Assembly (NCBI GenBank): GCA_965263355.1
Contig: CBDHHL010000017.1
Location: 1 to 12,108 of the forward strand
DNA: 12,108 nt
Direction: 5' to 3'
Origin: Leptolyngbyaceae cyanobacterium
Lineage (GTDB): Bacteria > Cyanobacteriota > Cyanobacteriia > Phormidesmidales > Phormidesmidaceae
The notes below the pieces were generated by a model. It saw only the letters and a list, made by a program, of their open reading frames with translations, did no database searches and had not been told where the DNA came from. Numbering within the stretch: position 1 is the stretch's first letter; each line of letters starts with the position of its first letter. A program made the translations under genes and the position numbers. This document shows positions 1 through 8,200 of this stretch, in pieces.

Positions 1-2573
1 ACCAAAATTACCCTCTGATCGCAATGCAAACCTCCGTTTTGACCTAGCTCTCACCGTTTTGCCACCAAACCACTATTTGGGCCCAAAACACCTATTTTCA
101 GCGCTGCTAGTAGTAACTTTCGGCTCCAACCTAAATTTCGACCGCACCATTAGGTGGGGCTCGGGCGAGAGCTTTCAAACGGTATTAATGACTATGGGCG
201 AAAATTACCCCAAGTGGCTCAAAAATGCGAGGATTCGTTTGCTGCCAAGTGGGGATTCCCCAAAAGTTTTAATTTTTCATCGAAACAAATCATTGCAATG
301 ATAGGGGTTTCTAGACCGGAATTTTGCGCTGATCGCAACCGTCAACTCCGTTTTGACCAAACTCGCACCGTTTAGCCCCTAGAGTGCAATTTACGTCCCA
401 AATTTAATGGTCGCCCGAGTACTTTTCTCCCGAAATGAAATTTGGATAGCACCATTGGTTAGGGCTTGGCGAGAGCTTTCAAACGGTATTAATGACCATG
501 GGGCGCAAATTACCCCAAGGGGCTCAAAAAACGCGAAAACAAGTTTGCTGCAAAACCTGGAAAATCTGGGGATTCCCCAAAACATGAAATCTGCCACGAG
601 TGGAGAAAGTGACACTTTGAAAGTGTTTCCTAGACCAAAATTACCCGCTGATCGCAATGCAAACCTCCGTTTGACCTAGCTCTCACCGTTTTGCCACCAA
701 ACCACGATTTTGTGCCCAAAAACACCTATTTTCAGCGCTGCTAGTAGTAACTTTTGGCTCCAACCTAAATTTCGACCGCACCATTAGGTGGGGCTCGGCG
801 AGAGCTTTCAAACGGTATTAATGACTATGGGGCGCAAATTACCCCTAGTGGCTCAAAAATGCGAGGATTCGTTTGCTGCCAATTGGGGATTCCCCAAAAG
901 TTTTAATTTTTCTCGAAACAATCATTGCAATGATAGGGGTTTCTAGACCGGAATTTTGCGCTGATCGCAACCGTCAACTCCGTTTTGACCAAACTCGCAC
1001 CGTTAAGCCCCTAGAGTGCAATTTACGTCCCAAATTTAATGGTCGCCCGAGTACTTTTCTCACCCGAAATGAAATTTGGATAGCACCATTGGATAGGCTT
1101 GGCGAGAGCTTTCAAACGGTATTAATGACCATGGGGCGCAAATTACCCCAAGGGGCTCAAAACGAAAACAAGTTTGCTGCAAAACCTGGAAAATCTGGGG
1201 ATTCCCCAAAACATGAAATCTTGCCACGATGGAGAAAGTGACACTTTGAAAGTGTTTCCTAGACCAAAATTACCCGCTGATCGCAATGCAAACCTCCGTT
1301 TTGACCTAGCTCTCACCGTTTTGCCACCAAACCACGATTTGTGCCCAAAAACACCTATTTTCAGCGCTGCTAGTAGTAACTTTTGGCTCCAACCTAAATT
1401 TCGACCGCACCATTAGGTGGGGCTCGGCGAGAGCTTTCAAACGGTATTAATGACTATGGGGCGCAAATTACCCCAAGTGGCTCAAAAATGCGAGGATTCG
1501 TTTGCTGCCAAGTGGGGATTCCCCAAAAGTTTTAATTTTTCATCGAAACAAATCATTGAAATGATAGGGGTTTCTAGACCGGAATTTTGCGCTGATCGCA
1601 ACCGTCAACTCCGTTTTGACCAAACTCGCACCGTTTAGCCCCTAGAGTGCAATTTACGTCCCAAATTTAATGGTCGCCCGAGTACTTTTCTCCCGAAATG
1701 AAATTTGGATAGCACCATTGGATAGGGCTTGGCGAGAGCTTTCAAACGGTATTAATGACCATGGGGCGCAAATTACCCCAAGGGGCTCAAAAACGCGAAA
1801 ACAAGTTGCTGCAAAACTGGAAAATCTGGGGATTCCCCAAAACATGAAATCTTGCCACGATGGAGAAAGTGACACTTTGAAAGTGTTTCCTAGACCAAAA
1901 TTACCCGCTGATCGCAATGCAAACCTCCGTTTTGACCTAGCTCTCACCGTTTTGCCACCAAACCACGATTTGGGCCCAAAAACACCTATTTTCAGCGCTG
2001 CTAGTAGTAACTTTCGGCTCCAACCTAAATTTCGACCGCACCATTAGGTGGGGCTCGGCGAGAGCTTTCAAACGGTATTAATGACTATGGGGCGCAAATT
2101 ACCCCAAGTGGCTCAAAAATGCGAGGATTCGTTTGCTGCCAAGTGGGGATTCCCCAAAAGTTTAATTTTTCATCGAAACAAATCATTGCAATGATAGGGT
2201 TTCTAGACCGGAATTTTGCGCTGATCGCAACCGTCAACTCCGTCTTGACCAAACTCGCACCGTTTAGCCCTAGAGTGCAATTTACGTCCAAATTTAATGG
2301 TCGCCCGAGTACTTTTCTCCCGAAATGAAATTTGGATAGCACCATTGGATAGGGCTTTGGCGAGAGCTTTCAAACGGTATTAATGACCATGGGGCGCAAA
2401 TTACCCCAAGGGGCTCAAAAACGCGAAAAGAAGTTGCTGCAAAACTGGAAAATCTGGGGATTCCCCAAAACATGAAATCTTGCCACGATGGAGAAAGTGA
2501 CACTTTGAAAGTGTTTCCTAGACCAAAATTACCCGCTGATCGCAATGCAAACCTCCGTTTTGACCTAGCTCTC
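1..2573. repeat. Tandem satellite, ~630-bp unit (heterodimer of ~304 + ~329 bp subunits), left block of ~4 units, runs off the window start
   Basis: The motif ACCAAAATTACCC recurs at 1, 634, 1263, 1894 and 2522 (spacing 628-633). GAGAGCTTTCAAACGG recurs twice per unit (167, 471, 800...). Copies differ mostly by 1-bp homopolymer indels. Confidence 0.97.
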
Positions 2574-3448
2574 CACAGTGGCTTCACAGAGGGTACCATG
2601 AAACCTAAGAAATTTTTTTCAAATCGTTTTTTATATTATTTTTGGAAAATTAACATAAATTAAGTCAATTTAGGCCATTTAAAGAGAAAAAAGTACAATG
2701 GAACTCTTATTTATACCCTGTCAAACTTGACTATGAGAGAGAAAAATGAGAAAATCGAAAAATTTAAAAAAGCTATTTTCTGAGCTTGGGAGTGAAAATT
2801 TGGGTGTATAGCATAAAAGAAAAATGTTTCAAAAAGAAAATTACATAAAAAAAATGCTATAATAATGGCCTCTTATTAAATAATTTTTACTGAAAAACTG
2901 GAAAGTTTGATTTTCAATTTCTAGAAATTTAGTCTTTTTACCGCTTTATGGCGAGAGGGACAACTTGCCGCAATGGCGACCTATATGTCAAAAAACTATG
3001 ATATCTCGTGTATTTTGCCATATGGGTCACATTTGCGGCAAGTTGTCCCCGGCTTGACATTATAATTTTGAAAAAAGGCTCTATTTGGGGCATTTTTTCA
3101 CAAGTAAAATAGCATAACTTTTACTATAAAAAATCATCAAATTCAATTAGTTTTACATATTTTTAGATAGCCATTGGTCTAATCATTAAGTTAAAATCAA
3201 CATGTAATAACAACATTTTCATATAAATATGGCAATTTCATGTCTTAAAGATGACCTATTATTTTTGCATTTTTTTCTAATCAGTCTAATTTCACTCTAG
3301 TACTGAAACAAATTTGCATTTATCTCAAAATTTTATGTAATATATGGGTGCTCAAACTTTCAGGGATTACTTATGCGGGCTATATGAGCAGTTTGAAACA
3401 AAAAACTGATTTTGAAAAAAAATATTTGTTTCATGGGAAACCACTGTG
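2574..3448. mobile_element. Non-autonomous DNA transposon (875 bp), probably Transib/RAG-like superfamily
   Basis: AT-rich insert with termini CACAGTGG (2574) and CCACTGTG (3441-3448). Subterminal inverted motifs CCATGAAAC and T7-8CAAA(A)TC occur at both ends. Flanked by a 5-bp direct repeat CTCTC (2569-2573, 3449-3453) that is single in uninterrupted satellite units. No transposase ORF. CAC termini plus a 5-bp TSD are the known Transib signature. Confidence 0.85.
2957..3049. repeat. Imperfect ~93-bp inverted repeat (hairpin) near the centre of the transposon
   Basis: GGGACAACTTGCCGCAATGGCGACCTATATGTCAAAAAAC pairs with GTATTTTGCCATATGGGTCACATTTGCGGCAAGTTGTCCC. The outer 17 bp are perfect and the centre is at about GATATC (3000-3005). 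Confidence 0.9.
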
Positions 3449-5008
3449 CTCTCACCGTTTTGCCACCAAACCACGATTTGTGCCCAAAAACACCTATTTT
3501 CAGCGCTGCTAGTAGTAACTTTTGGCTCCAACCTAAATTTCGACCACACCATTAGGTGGGGCTCGGCGAGAGCTTTTCAACGGTATTAATGACTATGGGG
3601 CGCAAATTACCCCATGTGCTCAAAATGTGAGGATTCGTTTGCTGCCAAGTGGGGATTCCCCAAAAGTTTTAATTTTTCATCGAAACAAATCATTGCAATG
3701 ATAGGGGTTTCTAGACCGGAATTTTGCGCTGATCGCAACCGTCAACTCCGTTTTGACCAAACTCGCACCGTTAAGCCCCTAGAGTGCAATTTACGTCCCA
3801 AATTTAATGGTCGCCCGAGTACTTTTCTCCCGAAATGAAATTTGGATAGCACCATTGGATAGGGCTTGGCGAGAGCTTTCAACGGTATTAATGACCATGG
3901 GGCGCAAATTACCCCAGAGGGGCTCAAAAACGCGAAAACAAGTTTGCTGCAAAACTGGAAAATCTGGGGATTCCCCAAAACATGAATCTTGCCACGATGG
4001 AGAAAGTGACACTTTGAAAGTGTGTCCTAGACCAAAATTACCCGCTGATCGCAATGCAAACCTCCGTTTTGACCTAGCTTTCACCGTTTTGCCACCAAAC
4101 CACGATTTGTGCCCAAAAAACACCTATTTTCAGCGCTGCTAGTAGTAACTTTCGGCTCCAACCTAAATTTCGACTGCACCATTAGGTGGGGCTCGGCGAG
4201 AGCTTTCAAACGGTATTAATGACTATGGGGCGCAAATTACCCCAAGTGGCTCAAAAATGCGAGGATTCGTTTGCTGCCAAGTGGGGATTCCCCAAAAAGT
4301 TTTAATTTTTCATCGAAAACGAATCATTGCAATGATAGGGGTTTCTAGACCGGAATTTTGCGCTGATCGCAACCGTCAACTCCGTTTTGACCAAACTCGC
4401 ATCGTTTAGCCTCTTAGAGTGCAATTTACGTCCCAAATTTAATGGTCGCCCGAGTACTTTTCTCCCGAAATGAAATTTGGATTGCACCATTGAATAGGGC
4501 TCGGCGAGAGCTTTCAAACGGTATTAATGACCATGGGGCGCAAATTACCCCAAGGGGCTCAAAAAACGCGAAAACAGTTTGCTCCAAAAGCTGGAAAATC
4601 TGGGGATTCCCCAAAACATGAAATCTTGCCACGATGGCAGAAACTGACACTTTGAAAGTGTTTCCTAGACCAAAATTACTCGCTGATCGCAATGCAAACC
4701 TCCGTTTTGACCTAGCTTTCACCGTTTTGCCACCAAACCACGATTTGTGCCCAAAAACACCTATTTTCAGCGCTGCTAGTAGTAACTTTCGGCTCCAACC
4801 TAAATTTCGACTGCACCATTAGGTGGGGCTCGGCGAGAGCTTTCAAACGGTATTAATGACTATGGGGCGCAAATTACCCCAAGTGGCTCAAAAATGCGAG
4901 GATTCGTTTGCTGCCAAGTGGGGATTCCCCAAAAGTTTTAATTTTTCATCGAAACGAATCATTGCAATGATAGGGGTTTCTAGACCGGAATTTTGCGCTG
5001 ATCGCAAC
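3449..5008. repeat. Same satellite, right block of ~2.5 units
   Basis: Resumes in register (CTCTCACCGTTTTGCC) where the left block was interrupted. Ends mid-unit at ...GCTGATCGCAAC (5008). Confidence 0.97.
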
Positions 5009-5129
5009 TATATGCGCTTCCCAATATGTTCATATGTAGTTGTACGATTGAGAGAAATAGAGAGAGCTCAGGCTCAGTCTTGAAACGGATCTCATGCTGT
5101 TCACACCTTGTATTCTTACGCTTCTTACA
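5009..5129 (+). repeat. 5' LTR (lacks the first 8 nt TGTAGAGT, ends ...CTTACA)
   Basis: 5009-5126 matches 11013-11130 at 116/118 positions. Ends in CA immediately before TGG. Confidence 0.95.
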
Positions 5130-5141
5130 TGGCGCACGTCG
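5130..5141 (+). promoter_or_regulatory. Putative primer-binding site TGGCGCACGTCG (priming tRNA not identified)
   Basis: TGG (complement of tRNA CCA) directly follows the LTR-terminal CA. It resembles but does not match the tRNA-Ser-type TGGCGCAGTCG. Confidence 0.7.
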
Positions 5142-5268
5142 TTATAAGAATCTAAGATCGCTCCAACTTTGATAAGTGAAGTGAAATATAAAGTGAGAAG
5201 TGAGAAGAAGAGATAGCACCATAGCCCACTAGTCCAAGAACAGTGAGGGGCCATGGGCCCCGCCAGGG

Positions 5269-8200
5269 ATGTCAACCCCATGGCAGTCACTGCGGGACTC
5301 ACTCTTGGGCACCACACAAGCTGGTGAAAGAGAGGAGGGCGATTCTGAGCTCCTGGCCACGGACTCAGAGGAAGAAGACGTCGTAGTTGTCACTCAGGAC
5401 GAGGAGGAGGCATACGACATCGAGATGGCGGAAACCATAGACGGAATCCGCGCTGGAGGCGACGAGAGGGGAGCTCTGTTTGAGACCCTGAGAGCCAAAA
5501 TGAGGGCCAATAAAACCTGGGTGGGCCGCTGGATTGACCGCGACCTAAAGAGCTGCCTCTCAATGTTGGACAGGCAGGGGCCGTCAGCGGCCAAGCAGGT
5601 TGGCAAAGCCCATCAAGTTCTGGAAAAATTAGAGGACAAGATGGAGACAATCGAGGACCAGCTGGATGAAATGGCACAAATGGTCCCGCAGGTCAGGGAT
5701 GACGCCGACAGAATTAAGAATGAGGTTCACCTGCAAATTACCAGGGCCAGGAATGACGCCCTCAATAAGATTGCCACCTACGAGGCAGGGCAAATGGCAC
5801 AAGCGGCCAGGCCGGCAGCCCCAGCAGCAGGGGACGGCGCGGCAAGACGACAAAAGGTGGACGACTCCTTGAGACCGGCGCAGCTCACCCCTGAGTTCAC
5901 TCCAGCAGAGTTTGATAGCTGGAAAAGGGACTTTACCACGTACTTTAACGCCAACAGGTTGGGAGACGTGGGAGTTCAGATTGAGGAGCAGAGACTCCGC
6001 CTTGACCAGTGCCTCAACCCCCATTTCAAAAGATGGCTGGGACGGGAAAGAGACACAACCACAGCCATTTTGGGAGCTGGAGGCTGTCTCGCTGCTTTAG
6101 AGGATGAGTTCAAGAGACTTTACCCTATGTTCGCCAGGCGTAAACAGTTCTGGTCAATGACGCCCGATAAGGGGGAGGACTTTAAGTCCTTCCGGATGAG
6201 GCTGCGGGAAGTGGGGGACATGTGCGACTTGTCAAACCTCACAGAGGAGCAGTGTTATATTATTAAATATCAAACCACTGTCAACGATGAGGGCCTCAAG
6301 CAGCAACTCATCGCCAATGTCAACAGAAATTTGAGAACCCTGGACGCCACTATAGATGCTTACTTCGCAGCGAAGGCAGGGGAGAGACAAGCCAGCGAAG
6401 GAGCTAGGGTTTGGAAAGCCCAAGAGGGGCAACGAGGCCGAGGAGGCAGAGAACACAGGCAGAGAAGCAAGTCCCCAGGGGGCAAACCAAGGGGAGCATG
6501 CTTCGGGTGTGGTGTGGAGAACCACATCAGGAGAGAGTGTAATTTCAAGAATAACAAATGCTCCTCCTGCGGGAATGTGGGACACCTGCCCAGACACTCA
6601 ACGTGTCCCAACAACAAGGGGTACAGGAAACCCAACAGGAGCCAGACTCCAGGTCCAAGAGCCGCCAAGGTTGAAGAGGGAGCCGAATCCACCGGCATGT
6701 ACCAAGCCTGGCCACCGATGATGCCGCCCACTCCTCAAGGAGGTGAGAGCGCCAATATGATAAGGATGGCGTCCCAGGAGCCCAAGTCCTATGCACAGGC
6801 ATTAGAGGGCGGTAAGAACAGAATATATATTTACCGCAAACCGGTCGATTTGCCTATCATCGACAGCGAAATAATCACAGATCACGAGGCGTTAATTCAC
6901 CCCACTTTTCAAGATACGGGGGCGTCGGCGAACGTTATATCGCACAATTTATTCCTGAAATGGAATCTCAAGTTGCTAGAGGGCTACACAAAGCCCATGT
7001 ACAGCGTGACGGGAGAAAAGATGTCCGTAGAGGGCAGAACGTCACTCAGTATTAGGTCTCGAGAGGGGTTCGAGTTCAAAAGCATAGAATTGGTAGTCAC
7101 CAAAGACACGGCCGACGAAGTAATTATAGGGCTGAAGGACATTAGGAGAACGGGTTTGCTACCCCCCAATTGGCCTCACCAGATTGGATATTGGTCCAAT
7201 GACAGGTGCAATAAGGTCGACAGCGTACAGGCAGAATGCGACGAAGTTAAGAACCGTCTCTGCGACGAATTCAGCGACGTCATCAGTGACGAGATTTCAA
7301 TGGAGAAGATTGTAGGGGAACCGCTTAATATTAAGTTCAAGAAAGGGGTAGCGGTTAGGCCTTATAAACATACTACGGCCAGGCGAATTCCCATTCATCA
7401 GGAGAAAGCAGCTCATGAGTATTTGGGCGACCTGATTCAGAAGGGAATTATCGAGAAAATCGACGATGACGAACCGTGTGATTTCGTAGCACCGGCATTT
7501 TTTGTCCCAAAGGCTAATGGCAAAGTTAGGCTTGTAACGGATTACAAGTACATTAATCAGTTTCTGGACCGCCCAGTCCAGCCGTTTATGTCATCCAGGC
7601 AGATCGTGGATGCTATCAGACCGGAATCGAAGTATTTCGGCGCATTAGACATGGTTCAAGGCTATTATCAAATAGCATTAGATCACGAGAGCTCCAAGCT
7701 CACAACATTCATTTTGCCGGACGGGAAGTACAGATACAAAAGATTGCCCATGGGAATGAATATCGCAGGGGACGTCTGGAACATCAGAACAGATGGCGTG
7801 ATATGCGGGGTCAAGGACGCCCTTAAAATGATCGACGACGTATTAACTCAGGGCATTAACTTAACAGACACGGAAGAGAAACTCCGAAAGGTATTGCTAA
7901 AATGCAGAGAACTGGGCATTACAGTGTCCAGAAGCAAATTTCGAATAGGCCAGGAAGTCGAATTTGTCGGGTATAAAATAGGGGCGGACGGTGTAAGGCC
8001 AAGTAGCAAGAATCTGGACTCCGTTCGCAACTTCCCGGTCCCAAAATGCGTGAAGGACATCCGAGCATTTATGGGGCTAGCAAATCAAATCTCGCATTTT
8101 TCTCCCGACCTTATGCAGAATACCGTGCATTTGAGAGCTCTCCTGAAGAGAGAGAACGCCTTTGTATGGGGAGAAGCACAGGAAAACGATTTTAAACGGG

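Noticed and set aside
1..5008. CRISPR-like array (conserved repeats at regular spacing)
   Set aside because: The intervening sequences are themselves repeated and ~250 bp long, there are no cas genes, and the context is eukaryotic.
1..5008. CENP-B box in the satellite
   Set aside because: No match to TTCGNNNNANNCGGG found by eye at the candidate TTCG/CCCG sites.
1..5008. High indel rate among satellite copies as a biological signal
   Set aside because: Nearly all are 1-bp homopolymer changes, typical of long-read consensus error in poorly polished repeats.
59..5083. Many 60-125 aa ORFs in the satellite
   Set aside because: They are repeated translations of the same monomer, frameshifted differently in each copy, with no recognisable domain.
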